Virus record (IMG/VR): IMGVR_UViG_3300029448_000003
Coordinates: 46,915 to 110,914 of that record
Source: a virus
Direction: 5' to 3' (one strand)
Length of the DNA: 64,000 nucleotides
Shown here piece after piece: positions 1 through 7,840 of this stretch; within the stretch, counting starts at the first letter, position 1; every line of letters starts with the position of its first letter. The position numbers and the translations under genes are program-made. The notes under the pieces were generated by a model. The model was not told the DNA's origin. It did no database searches and worked only from the letters and a program-made list of their open reading frames with translations.

Positions 1-279
1 TGCCACGAGCATTGACTGCTCCCATGCATCCATATCTCTAGGTGCATCACTCTTGCCATCACAGTACCAGCTAAACTGACATCTGTTTTTAACAGGGTAG
101 TCAGGCTTCCAACTGTAGGTAGGTCCTTGCTCCACCACTTCACATACTGTGTTAGGGTATCGCTCATCATACACTCTGTTCATCACGACCTGTGCTACTG
201 CTACCTGCCCTATTAAGGATTGGTTCTTAGCTTCGTGATACACATTGAGTGCTAAACATAATAATGTTTCAGCTATCAT
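1..279 (-). CDS. SleB-like cell wall hydrolase (Hydrolase_2), 3' truncated by window edge
   Basis: Not in ORF track; read manually: MIAETLLCLALNVYHEAKNQSLIGQVAVAQVVMNRVYDERYPNTVCEVV...CQFSWYCDGKSD. Close paralog of 59186..59617; GGAGAAG SD upstream. Confidence 0.85.
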   Translation of the reverse strand, partial: MIAETLLCLALNVYHEAKNQSLIGQVAVAQVVMNRVYDERYPNTVCEVVEQGPTYSWKPDYPVKNRCQFSWYCDGKSDAPRDMDAWEQSMLVA

Positions 280-299
280 ATTCTTCTCCTTTCGTTATG

Positions 300-716
300 T
301 TATATATAAACTCTTGGGTGTGGTTCGGATTCACTATTATGGACAAGTTCCATAACAATATTACCCATCCAACTAGGGTCTAAGTCTTTCCATCTGTTAA
401 GATGTCTGTTATTTACTTTAAAATAATCATCTTCATATGGGTTATATCTAACCCTATTCCAACCAAAGTTTTCTATAGGTGGGTATGAGATAAACGGAGA
501 TGCCAACATACCTACTGCAAATGCATGTACATTTTTCTTTCCTTGTTCTCGCACTCTCTTCTGTCCACCCTTTCGCACCACAAACTTTGCTTCAGACAGA
601 ACAACATGGTTGTCATGCCCAATAACTTTATTTGTTTTAGTGCTTTGAATACTCCAAAGTTTTTTGTGTAAGTTCCAGTATACACGAACTCTAAGTGTAA
701 GATATTTCATATCCAT
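300..716 (-). CDS. hypothetical phage early protein
   Basis: 138 aa ORF with GGAG SD, tightly packed in operon; VYWNLHKK...KKNVHAF motif typical of small phage proteins. Confidence 0.7.
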   Translation of the reverse strand: MDMKYLTLRVRVYWNLHKKLWSIQSTKTNKVIGHDNHVVLSEAKFVVRKGGQKRVREQGKKNVHAFAVGMLASPFISYPPIENFGWNRVRYNPYEDDYFKVNNRHLNRWKDLDPSWMGNIVMELVHNSESEPHPRVYI

Positions 717-718
717 AA

Positions 719-1891
719 TTATTTTACTCCTTCAAATATGTGGGCAATCACATCTACTGTCCACCCATTGCCTAACATCTTATAACGTTGGGTGTTGGAG
801 ATGGTATCCCACTCTTGTTTTTTATCATTATATTTTCCAAACTGTGTGTAATTATCAGGCACAGTTTGTAGTCTTTCACACTCCAATGGTGTTAGCTTTC
901 TATATAATTCTTTCTGTACTACAACATTGTCCTTGTGGACAGTTGTCAAACAGTTTGACTTATCGCTATCACTTACTTCTAACTGTCGTGTAAATGGTAG
1001 TTCAAGTTGGTCATCCTTTCGTACTCCATTCTTATCAAGCCTACGATTAACAAGCCTACCAATGGCTACCTTTGGTTGTCTATGCCCACCCTGCATAGTC
1101 GTGAGTGTAGGACTCTTCCCATTAGGTGAGTATACTCGCTTGATAATGTCGTACCCCTTGATGTTGGTAGCATTACCTACTTGTATGGGTTTCTTTACAT
1201 AGGTAGGTATCTGTCCTTTGTACATAGATGCAGTAAGACAGTTAGCCTTTGGGTCATCAACAGACTTTACCATATCACCTCTACGTCTACCACACCATTC
1301 ATTCTCAAGATAGTTTGGTATCTTGTGGAAAGGTAGGTTTTCAAGTATGTCACTAATAACAATGCCCTTGTCCTCTATCTGTGGTATAGGTATCTGCTCG
1401 TACTCCTTTGATTCATTTAAGAATCCAAACCAATATAGCCTATGTCTATTCTGTGCTGATGCATCAGCAGAGTTAATCATCTGTGGTTCAAAGCCAATGA
1501 ACTCTGATATAACATCTTGAGATTCTTTTTTCATGCGAACATTCTCCAAGAGAATATACTTTGGTTGTAGCATATCTCGTATACGTATGAACTCAAAGAA
1601 TAGTTTACTGCGTGGGTCATCAAAGTTTAACTGTTTGCCTGCAAAACTAAAACCTTGACATGGCGAACCACCCATAAGCAAGTCACACTCTATATCCCAT
1701 TTACTTGCCGTACTAGAAGTAAACTTTGTAACGTCACCTAGTTGTACTGTGTTTGGATAGTTTTTCTGTGCCACTTGCATTGGATAGTTTTCTATCTCGC
1801 AAGCATAATAATTCCTATAGTCAATGCCCACTCTATTGAGTGCAATCTGACCACAAGACATACCATCAAATAAACTGACTACATCTTTCAT
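719..1891 (-). CDS. DNA (cytosine-5)-methyltransferase, canonical motif order, three TRD-like modules
   Basis: Motif I SLFDGMSCG at N-term, IV GGSPCQGFS, VI LLENV, VIII QNRHRLY, IX RKLTPLECERLQ, X RYKMLGNGW. Confidence 0.95.
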   Translation of the reverse strand: MKDVVSLFDGMSCGQIALNRVGIDYRNYYACEIENYPMQVAQKNYPNTVQLGDVTKFTSSTASKWDIECDLLMGGSPCQGFSFAGKQLNFDDPRSKLFFEFIRIRDMLQPKYILLENVRMKKESQDVISEFIGFEPQMINSADASAQNRHRLYWFGFLNESKEYEQIPIPQIEDKGIVISDILENLPFHKIPNYLENEWCGRRRGDMVKSVDDPKANCLTASMYKGQIPTYVKKPIQVGNATNIKGYDIIKRVYSPNGKSPTLTTMQGGHRQPKVAIGRLVNRRLDKNGVRKDDQLELPFTRQLEVSDSDKSNCLTTVHKDNVVVQKELYRKLTPLECERLQTVPDNYTQFGKYNDKKQEWDTISNTQRYKMLGNGWTVDVIAHIFEGVK

Positions 1892-2455
1892 TTACTTCTC
1901 CTCTATGTAAACACGTAAGTGTGTTGACTGTTGTATGTTCTGCCCATGTGCCGTAGCACCAGTGCCTTTGTACTCGTCTTTAACATGCTGACCTAACACC
2001 CTCATTTTGTATCTGCTTCTGTTGAAATATTTTCTTGCATCATCAACAAACCTTTGACCATCACAGTCATTAGGTATCTCGCTGAATACATAACGTGGTG
2101 CTGTCACTTCTCTGTAAGACTTTTCCTCAAGCCTTTTGTGTAAGTCTTGATTACGTTCTTTGAGATTTTCATATACATCTATACTAACAGAGTTGTTACA
2201 ATGCTTTTTATACTGTTCAATTTCTTGGGTTAACTCAGCTACCTTACCCTCTTGTGTATCTCTTCGCACCTCTTCATTTAGTTGTGTGTTGTATTTTATA
2301 AATGCTCTGACAAAATGTACAAAGTCCATGTCCTCTAATGCATAATCCTTTTCTTGTGACTTGGATTCATAAAGAATATTATCTAATTCTTTTATGTCTG
2401 ATGGTACAAAACCATCAACTGTTTCAAGTATTTTTACTATCTGTTTTATCTTCAT
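1892..2455 (-). CDS. hypothetical coiled-coil protein, paralog of 61045..61764
   Basis: Shares RDTQEGKV, KERNQDLHKRLEEKSY, VTAPRYVFSEIP, QSTHLRVYIEEK with 61045..61764. Confidence 0.85.
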   Translation of the reverse strand: MKIKQIVKILETVDGFVPSDIKELDNILYESKSQEKDYALEDMDFVHFVRAFIKYNTQLNEEVRRDTQEGKVAELTQEIEQYKKHCNNSVSIDVYENLKERNQDLHKRLEEKSYREVTAPRYVFSEIPNDCDGQRFVDDARKYFNRSRYKMRVLGQHVKDEYKGTGATAHGQNIQQSTHLRVYIEEK

Positions 2456-2610
2456 TGCATTTCTCCTATAATATTATTGTAATAATATGATACGTCATCA
2501 TAACTTTCATCTTCAGATGCACCAGCACAATCCAAACACACTATACCCTCGTCAGTTTCGTGGCTAACCCAATCATTTTTAGTGGGTTCATTACATATAA
2601 TACAATGCAT
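2452..2610 (-). CDS. small Zn-ribbon protein
   Basis: MHCIIC...CLDC (two CxxC); likely start ATG 2610 with GAGGAG SD. Confidence 0.6.
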   Translation of the reverse strand: MHCIICNEPTKNDWVSHETDEGIVCLDCAGASEDESYDDVSYYYNNIIGEMQ

Positions 2611-2611
2611 A

Positions 2612-2761
2612 TTATGCACTCCTCTTTTTGTTGTTGTGTAATTGTTTAAGCAAATCATTTACAAACCATAGCTTTGTATTGTCTACATTTTTTCTTTGGT
2701 TACGTCTTTCCATTTGCCTTATAGTTTTATCAGCTTTCAGCTTTCTCTTCTCTTTCGACAT
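2612..2761 (-). CDS. small basic hypothetical protein (49 aa)
   Basis: Manual translation MSKEKRKLKADKTIRQMERRNQRK...; fills operon gap. Confidence 0.55.
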   Translation of the reverse strand: MSKEKRKLKADKTIRQMERRNQRKNVDNTKLWFVNDLLKQLHNNKKRSA

Positions 2762-2867
2762 CTTTCTTTTCCTTTTTTCTATTATATTTTTTCTTGTCCT
2801 TCACAACCCTATGCTTGTACTGCTCAAGTTGCAGAGATTTAGCAATAGGGTTGCGAGGTTTTTGCAT
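2730..2867 (-). CDS. small basic protein (45 aa), NPIAK...YKHRVVKDKKKYNRK type
   Basis: Manual translation MQKPRNPIAKSLQLEQYKHRVVKDKKKYNRKKEKK... Confidence 0.6.
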   Translation of the reverse strand: MQKPRNPIAKSLQLEQYKHRVVKDKKKYNRKKEKKDVEREEKAES

Positions 2868-2872
2868 GACAC

Positions 2873-3094
2873 CTAGCCTGCAAAGTGCCTTAACTTTGGG
2901 TTGGACACCTTTCTTTCAAAGGCTACAGTAAATTTCCCAAAGTGAAATTGTCTAAAGGTGTCACCTACATTGGTAGTAAACCAACCCCTAGATGTATGTT
3001 TACGTTTACGAGCAAAACCTTTTTGCCCTAATAAGTTAAAACGAAAACCTTTAGTGCCATCATTCAATGACTTTGTTGCTAAAATTAAAAACAT
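2873..3094 (-). CDS. hypothetical early protein
   Basis: 73 aa ORF with AAAGGA SD. Confidence 0.65.
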   Translation of the reverse strand: MFLILATKSLNDGTKGFRFNLLGQKGFARKRKHTSRGWFTTNVGDTFRQFHFGKFTVAFERKVSNPKLRHFAG

Positions 3095-3114
3095 AATGTT
3101 TTTCCTTTCTATAA

Positions 3115-3135
3115 GTGTCCTATATGGGACAGTTT
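3115..3135. promoter_or_regulatory. palindromic operator-like site GTGTCC-N6-GGACAGTTT (copy 1 of 4)
   Basis: 23 bp identical to 4324..4346; intergenic, directly after a stop codon. Confidence 0.7.
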
Positions 3136-3382
3136 ATTGTGTAACATTATTGTTACTCAATTTCTTTTTCAGTAACTTCATTGCAGTTACTAATAGTTTG
3201 TGACTATCTTCTCCACCATATCCACCATAGCTTGTGTTACCATGCCATATGTAATGTGTTGTTTCATCACCCCAATGCTCATAATTACCTATGTAACCCT
3301 TAGAATACTCGTCACCTAGTAATTCCATTACTATTTCAAGTGCTTGTTTGTTTGTATCTTCCACAATAAAACGTTTCAGCAT
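3134..3382 (-). CDS. hypothetical early protein
   Basis: 82 aa ORF with AAAGGA SD. Confidence 0.65.
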   Translation of the reverse strand: MLKRFIVEDTNKQALEIVMELLGDEYSKGYIGNYEHWGDETTHYIWHGNTSYGGYGGEDSHKLLVTAMKLLKKKLSNNNVTQ

Positions 3383-3401
3383 TTTGTTTTCCTTTCTGTT
3401 A

Positions 3402-3448
3402 ATAGTTATATGTTACTTTTATATACATTTCAAGTAACATCTAACTAT
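3402..3448 (-). promoter_or_regulatory. intergenic hairpin A with conserved loop GAAATGTATATAA
   Basis: 17 bp stem (1 mismatch); 13 nt loop identical to hairpin B. Confidence 0.7.
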
Positions 3449-3457
3449 ATTTTATTT

Positions 3458-4099
3458 TTAGTGTTGCAAATATGCAACATCTTTTACGTTACTATCCCAA
3501 CACATACGGCAATCAAGGCACTTGTTGCCTTGCTTTGAGCTAGGACACATTTTGTCTACAACTAAATCCTCGCTAGTCACGACTGTACTACTGTGCTTGT
3601 GGAACTTATGTGGTAAACCATTAATCATGGTTGCACTAATTCTAACCACAAGATTGCTAGGAAAATCCCCAAACAATTTCTTGTACTCTTGCACTATGCT
3701 CACCTCTCGTGTGGGCAGCCAATGCCTAACACTAGGTGTATGTTTAGCAATCGTAACAATCATAGTTAAGTGTTCAATGCTTTGCAAGTCACCACTATCG
3801 TGCCACCTAAAGACCTTAGTCTTTGCACAATAGTGCAAGATAAGAAATACCATAGCATCAACCCATTTAGGGTTGTTCATTAGCTTGTCCATTCTCCTAT
3901 CCAATGCTTCTTGTACATTGGGGAATGTGTACCTACCTTTGAGTGCATAGCAATCAGCACAAGTAGACATCAAAACTTTACGAAGTTTACTGCCTACTTT
4001 GCATTTAAATGCACTCAATGAATAGCCAAAAGATGGCATCTTAGATGGCTTGGATAAGCCACCTACCTCACTCCATGCTTCTTTAACTGTGTTAAACAT
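3458..4099 (-). CDS. GP88-like Cys-rich protein
   Basis: SKMP...C...CADCYA, FRWHDSGDL, HWLPTRE, NLVVRIS, C-terminal CP..CxxCxxC; start probably MFNTVKE. Confidence 0.7.
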   Translation of the reverse strand: MFNTVKEAWSEVGGLSKPSKMPSFGYSLSAFKCKVGSKLRKVLMSTCADCYALKGRYTFPNVQEALDRRMDKLMNNPKWVDAMVFLILHYCAKTKVFRWHDSGDLQSIEHLTMIVTIAKHTPSVRHWLPTREVSIVQEYKKLFGDFPSNLVVRISATMINGLPHKFHKHSSTVVTSEDLVVDKMCPSSKQGNKCLDCRMCWDSNVKDVAYLQH

Positions 4100-4104
4100 T
4101 ATAC

Positions 4105-4299
4105 TTACTCTCCAAAAGTTTCGTTCCATTCGTGTGCAGGAATGCCACTCTTAATGAACTCACGTTCATCCTCCGACAAGTTCGGCATAGCATTCTGTAT
4201 GAGTTCTCCCCCATACCACGCATCAATCTGTGATTGAGTAACGTCAATATCCATTGTGTTTGTTTCACCACTAAATGGTGATGTCTTTGTTATTATCAT
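4105..4299 (-). CDS. hypothetical protein
   Basis: 64 aa, LIQNAMPNLSEDEREFIKSG motif common in phage small proteins; AAGGAG SD. Confidence 0.7.
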   Translation of the reverse strand: MIITKTSPFSGETNTMDIDVTQSQIDAWYGGELIQNAMPNLSEDEREFIKSGIPAHEWNETFGE

Positions 4300-4324
4300 A
4301 TTTAACTCCTTTAGTTAAATGTTA

Positions 4325-4345
4325 GTGTCCTATATGGGACAGTTT
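4325..4345. promoter_or_regulatory. palindromic operator-like site (copy 2)
   Basis: GTGTCCTATATGGGACAGTTT, intergenic. Confidence 0.7.
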
Positions 4346-4646
4346 AAGTTAGCTTTATTAATAAGAGTGCTAACTCTTCAGTTGGTAGGTATCCCTTTAC
4401 CCCACCTTCAAAAGTGCCATCATCTACATAGTTATAATCACTATCTAGAATTGCGACCTCTACTCGTTCTGCGTAGTCACCATACCTACCACCTATACTA
4501 TCATAAGGTGCATTCTTATCGTTCTGAACGATAGATATGTAACGATTACCTTTAATAGGTAATACGATTTGATTTGCAGTTTCATCTCCAAAGTTTTTCT
4601 GAAACTTTTTGTTAATTAAATCAGCGAAAGTATAATCCATTTTCAT
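4344..4646 (-). CDS. hypothetical early protein
   Basis: ISIVQ...YG...EVAILD...VKGYL pattern; AAGGAG SD. Confidence 0.65.
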   Translation of the reverse strand: MKMDYTFADLINKKFQKNFGDETANQIVLPIKGNRYISIVQNDKNAPYDSIGGRYGDYAERVEVAILDSDYNYVDDGTFEGGVKGYLPTEELALLLIKLT

Positions 4647-4662
4647 TTTCAAACTCCTTATA

Positions 4663-4726
4663 AGTTACATATAAATAAATAAAACACTTTTATATACATT
4701 TCAAGTGTTTTATTTATTATGTAACT
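4663..4726 (-). promoter_or_regulatory. intergenic hairpin B with conserved loop GAAATGTATATAA
   Basis: 24 bp stem with one 3 nt bulge, ends just before SD of downstream gene. Confidence 0.7.
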
Positions 4727-4728
4727 AA

Positions 4729-4917
4729 TTACTTCTTACACAACGGAATGGCAAGAACACAAACCATACCAAACACTATTAACATAGTGCCAATTATGGT
4801 CAATATCATAGGCTGTACGTTTACATTCCATGCTACATCTATGGATAAACATACAAGTGAAATAGTACCAAGTACTATTGTAAAATTACAGATAAAGTTA
4901 TGTATAATGTTATACAT
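4729..4917 (-). CDS. small two-TM membrane protein
   Basis: Two hydrophobic stretches, stop/start overlap with upstream ORF. Confidence 0.6.
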   Translation of the reverse strand: MYNIIHNFICNFTIVLGTISLVCLSIDVAWNVNVQPMILTIIGTMLIVFGMVCVLAIPLCKK

Positions 4918-5198
4918 TATAAAGTCTCCAAAAAGTTTGTAAGAATGTTAATACATTCTTCTGTTTCAGTTGGTTGTGTAAACAACCCTTTGCTCCCATG
5001 ACTATACAAAGCCATAGGCTTCATGTCAACGTTCATCTCTTCCTTCTCATATTCCGAAGGAAAGCTAGATGTTACACTAGATGGGTAATCTAGATTAAAG
5101 TTACGATTGCCCTTCTTGGAACAAGAAGTCTTACCCCATCTACGATTGTAAAACAATCTAGGGTCAGGTGGACACTTAGTTACAGATACATGAGTCAT
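4917..5198 (-). CDS. hypothetical early protein
   Basis: 93 aa, AAGGAG SD. Confidence 0.6.
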   Translation of the reverse strand: MTHVSVTKCPPDPRLFYNRRWGKTSCSKKGNRNFNLDYPSSVTSSFPSEYEKEEMNVDMKPMALYSHGSKGLFTQPTETEECINILTNFLETL

Positions 5199-5225
5199 AT
5201 AAAATCTCCTTTTGAGAAAGTAGCG

Positions 5226-5858
5226 TTAAGCTACTTCCTCAGATGTTAACATTTTGATTTGCTCTATAAGAGCATTGATAAGTTCCTTGTGAGGAACTTG
5301 GTGAGTATCAGCTTGAACTAGCATTTCCAATGCTATGTCATCTGCTGATAGTTTCTTCTTAGAAACTTGAAACTGTCCAATATGGGACACTTCAGATGAT
5401 TTATCATCTGTTGTTTCAGTTGTTTTAGATGCTTTAGCATCTGTCTTAGGCTTGTCAGCTTTAGCTGATTCCGTGTCTACTTGCTCTTGGCTTGGCAAGG
5501 TATCTTTGTAATGTTTTCTCATTGCATTTTGCAATGAACCAATATTAGTTCCTTTGAAACCAACCTTCTTAATGAAGGTAGACACAGTTTCACTGTGTTC
5601 AATAAGCCATTCAGATTCAGACGTTCTACGTCTGTCAATAGGTGGAAAGTTGTATTTATCCTTTATCGTTTTACTTAAAACGGATACATTTTCAACAGCC
5701 TTAATCTGTTTGATTAAGTTTCCAATTCTGTAGTCCAATCCACCATCCTTAATGGATTTAGCAAAACTTCTTTGTTCTGTTTTGACGGCTTTCGTCAGAG
5801 CTTGTCCTTCATTCTGAAGGGAAGAGATTTGTGATTTGTTGTTTTCGATTTTTGTCAT
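5226..5858 (-). CDS. first gene of left early arm, hypothetical
   Basis: 210 aa, GGAG SD within hairpin C; contains operator copy 3 (5370..5390). Confidence 0.7.
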   Translation of the reverse strand: MTKIENNKSQISSLQNEGQALTKAVKTEQRSFAKSIKDGGLDYRIGNLIKQIKAVENVSVLSKTIKDKYNFPPIDRRRTSESEWLIEHSETVSTFIKKVGFKGTNIGSLQNAMRKHYKDTLPSQEQVDTESAKADKPKTDAKASKTTETTDDKSSEVSHIGQFQVSKKKLSADDIALEMLVQADTHQVPHKELINALIEQIKMLTSEEVA

Positions 5859-5865
5859 GTTAATT

Positions 5866-5925
5866 ACTCCATATATTTTTAAACACTTCTCATAAACATT
5901 CGAAGTGCTTTAAAAATATTGGAGT
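5866..5925 (-). promoter_or_regulatory. intergenic hairpin C, loop GAATGTTTATGA, sequesters SD
   Basis: ~22 bp bulged stem; GGAG SD pairs with CTCC. Confidence 0.65.
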
Positions 5926-5945
5926 TATAATGCTGTTGGTTTTTG

Positions 5946-5966
5946 GTGTCCCATATCGGACAGTTT
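5946..5966. promoter_or_regulatory. palindromic operator-like site (copy 4)
   Basis: GTGTCCCATATCGGACAGTTT. Confidence 0.65.
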
Positions 5967-6024
5967 TGTACTCCAACGTAGTTGGGAACGTCATTTCCTC
6001 ATAATCATCACTATGTGATGGCAT

Positions 6025-6125
6025 AGGTGACGGCAACTGTGCTTCTTTGCGTGTGTCCGGGCATAATGCCTGCCCAAGCGAGAGGGTAGGGCGAGGGACA
6101 CCCCCCTGTGGGGGGGTATTGTGTA
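6025..6125. other. GC-rich island at the divergence of early and late arms; probable genome terminus/packaging region
   Basis: Abrupt GC-rich patch with ACCCCCC-TGT-GGGGGGT palindrome in an AT-rich genome, in the longest non-coding gap at a strand switch. Confidence 0.45.
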
Positions 6126-6230
6126 TGAATATATACACAGATTAGGAATAAGGTTGGTAACCACTTACAGAATAAGCGTATACTGTTGCAAAAGTATCAC
6201 ACCTTTGTACATATTTTTACACAAAGGGGG

Positions 6231-6259
6231 TTGACATAAATATAAAAGTTTGGTATAAT
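6231..6259 (+). promoter_or_regulatory. sigma70-type promoter for late arm
   Basis: TTGACA-17bp-TATAAT with extended -10 TG. Confidence 0.85.
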
Positions 6260-6376
6260 TACTACATTAAAGTGTTACACTAAATAAATAAAGAAACAGT
6301 TAGAAGTGTAACATATAAGAAGTATTAGATTTTCTTTTTAACTCATTAATATGATACTTCTGTACTAAAATAATTC

Positions 6377-6592
6377 TTGACAATGACTAAAAAATCCGTA
6401 AAACTAAACTATGACGATAATATTCTTCATAAAACTTATAACTCTGTGCTAAAACATGGAGACCTACGTGCTGTACATATACCACATTCATCTGTACATT
6501 ACATTAGAGCACTCATAGAACGTGATACAGGAGTGCGTTATTCTCTATCTCATGTAGAGAATGCCATGAAAGCCGAAGGCTGGACAGAATAA
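6377..6592 (+). CDS. hypothetical protein
   Basis: First + strand ORF; start uncertain (ATG 6383 likely). Confidence 0.6.
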   Translation: MTMTKKSVKLNYDDNILHKTYNSVLKHGDLRAVHIPHSSVHYIRALIERDTGVRYSLSHVENAMKAEGWTE

Positions 6593-6606
6593 GGGAGACC
6601 CAAACG

Positions 6607-7287
6607 ATGGCATTTATAAAATTACTAACAAAGGCTGCAAAAAAAGGTGTTAAATCAGCCACTAAAAAAGAAGCAGCTAAAGTAGCAAATAGATTACAGA
6701 AAACTACAAGCTCTGTCGCAGCATCAAAAGGTGTTAAAAGTATGCAAAAGACACTTACGATGGCATTTATAAATAAACAACCACCTGCTGTAAGAAAAGA
6801 ACTTATGAAAAGAAGAAAAAAGTTTCTTGCTGATAGAGCAGCTGCAGCAGAAAGCAGAAAAAAAGTTATAGCTAATGCTAAAGCCACTGGTAAAAAACTA
6901 CCTAAATTAAAAGGCAGAGGTATGTCCTTTGAATCTGTTCCAACTAAAAGAGACAAAAGAATAGAAGGTTCAGGTTCACAATCATCTAGACCTCCGGGTT
7001 CTAAGGGTAAAGCTAGTGTAAAATCTGACTCACCTAGAGGAAGTGTAGCAGGTCTGTCAATGGCTGATGCAAGAAAAGCACAGGCTCGTAAAAATAAACC
7101 GGGTAACATTAAAAGTAAAACAGTAGCGACAGCACGAAAATACGATGACTTAATGGTTGGAGTAAAGCGAAGAGCAGTTGCTGCATTACGTGCAGGTGAC
7201 AGAGACAAAGCAAGAAAGATACTTTCAGGCACTGGAATATCAGTTAGTGATTTTATATCCGTAATAAGGCAAAGGGGGAAAATGTAA
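6607..7287 (+). CDS. highly basic Lys/Arg/Ala-rich protein
   Basis: AGGGAG SD, histone-H1-like composition. Confidence 0.75.
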   Translation: MAFIKLLTKAAKKGVKSATKKEAAKVANRLQKTTSSVAASKGVKSMQKTLTMAFINKQPPAVRKELMKRRKKFLADRAAAAESRKKVIANAKATGKKLPKLKGRGMSFESVPTKRDKRIEGSGSQSSRPPGSKGKASVKSDSPRGSVAGLSMADARKAQARKNKPGNIKSKTVATARKYDDLMVGVKRRAVAALRAGDRDKARKILSGTGISVSDFISVIRQRGKM

Positions 7288-7694
7288 TGCCACATAAAAA
7301 AGGACACACAAAAATAACAAAAAGCGACATGATGAATAAAAAAATTTTAGATAAGATGAATCCTGATATGATTATGAAATATCTTGTAAAGTTTGGACTC
7401 ATAGACCCTAAAAAAGATTTTAAGTATGGTGGAAGTGTACAGAAAAAAGCACCTGTTAAATCCGTAACCTACAAAAGGGGTGGAGTAGTAAAAGCTAAAG
7501 ATGGTATTTTAATTAATAAACAAACCGATAAAAAAATTGATAGGGGTTTAAAACTTGCGGCACTAAAGAAAAATAGTGACTTAGCAAAAAGTTCATTAAA
7601 AAAACTTCAGTCTAAAAATTTAGTGAAGAATAAAAAGTTATCATCAAATAAAAGTATGCCAATAAAAAAAGGAAGAATGGGCAGAAAAAAATAA
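7287..7694 (+). CDS. Lys-rich protein with FKYGGSV / YKRGGVV motifs
   Basis: TAATG coupling to upstream ORF. Confidence 0.75.
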   Translation: MPHKKGHTKITKSDMMNKKILDKMNPDMIMKYLVKFGLIDPKKDFKYGGSVQKKAPVKSVTYKRGGVVKAKDGILINKQTDKKIDRGLKLAALKKNSDLAKSSLKKLQSKNLVKNKKLSSNKSMPIKKGRMGRKK

Positions 7695-7840
7695 TGAGAC
7701 TGACTGTTACTCGTATAACTCCTTTAACAAAAACAAAAGCGAGACAGCTATGGCTTATCAATAAAAATAAAAAGAAGAAAAAAAAGCCAGCGAATAAAAA
7801 AGCTGTAAATAAAAAAAAGATACGTAATGTAGGTAGTTAA
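7694..7840 (+). CDS. small Lys-rich protein (48 aa)
   Basis: Manual: MRLTVTRITPLTKTKARQLWLINKNKKKKKK...; TAATG coupling. Confidence 0.55.
   Translation: MRLTVTRITPLTKTKARQLWLINKNKKKKKKPANKKAVNKKKIRNVGS

Noticed and set aside
1-2455. Direct terminal repeat with 59186..61764
   Set aside because: Copies are diverged paralogs with different gene content and permuted MTase order, not an exact repeat
5890-6138. 82 aa ORF across the GC-rich gap
   Set aside because: No SD, atypical composition, overlaps hairpin and operator; probably non-coding terminus region
6513-7307. 264 aa minus-strand ORF and many other antisense ORFs in the track
   Set aside because: Shadows of biased real genes (Lys-rich sense gives Phe/Leu-rich antisense); no SD, against operon direction
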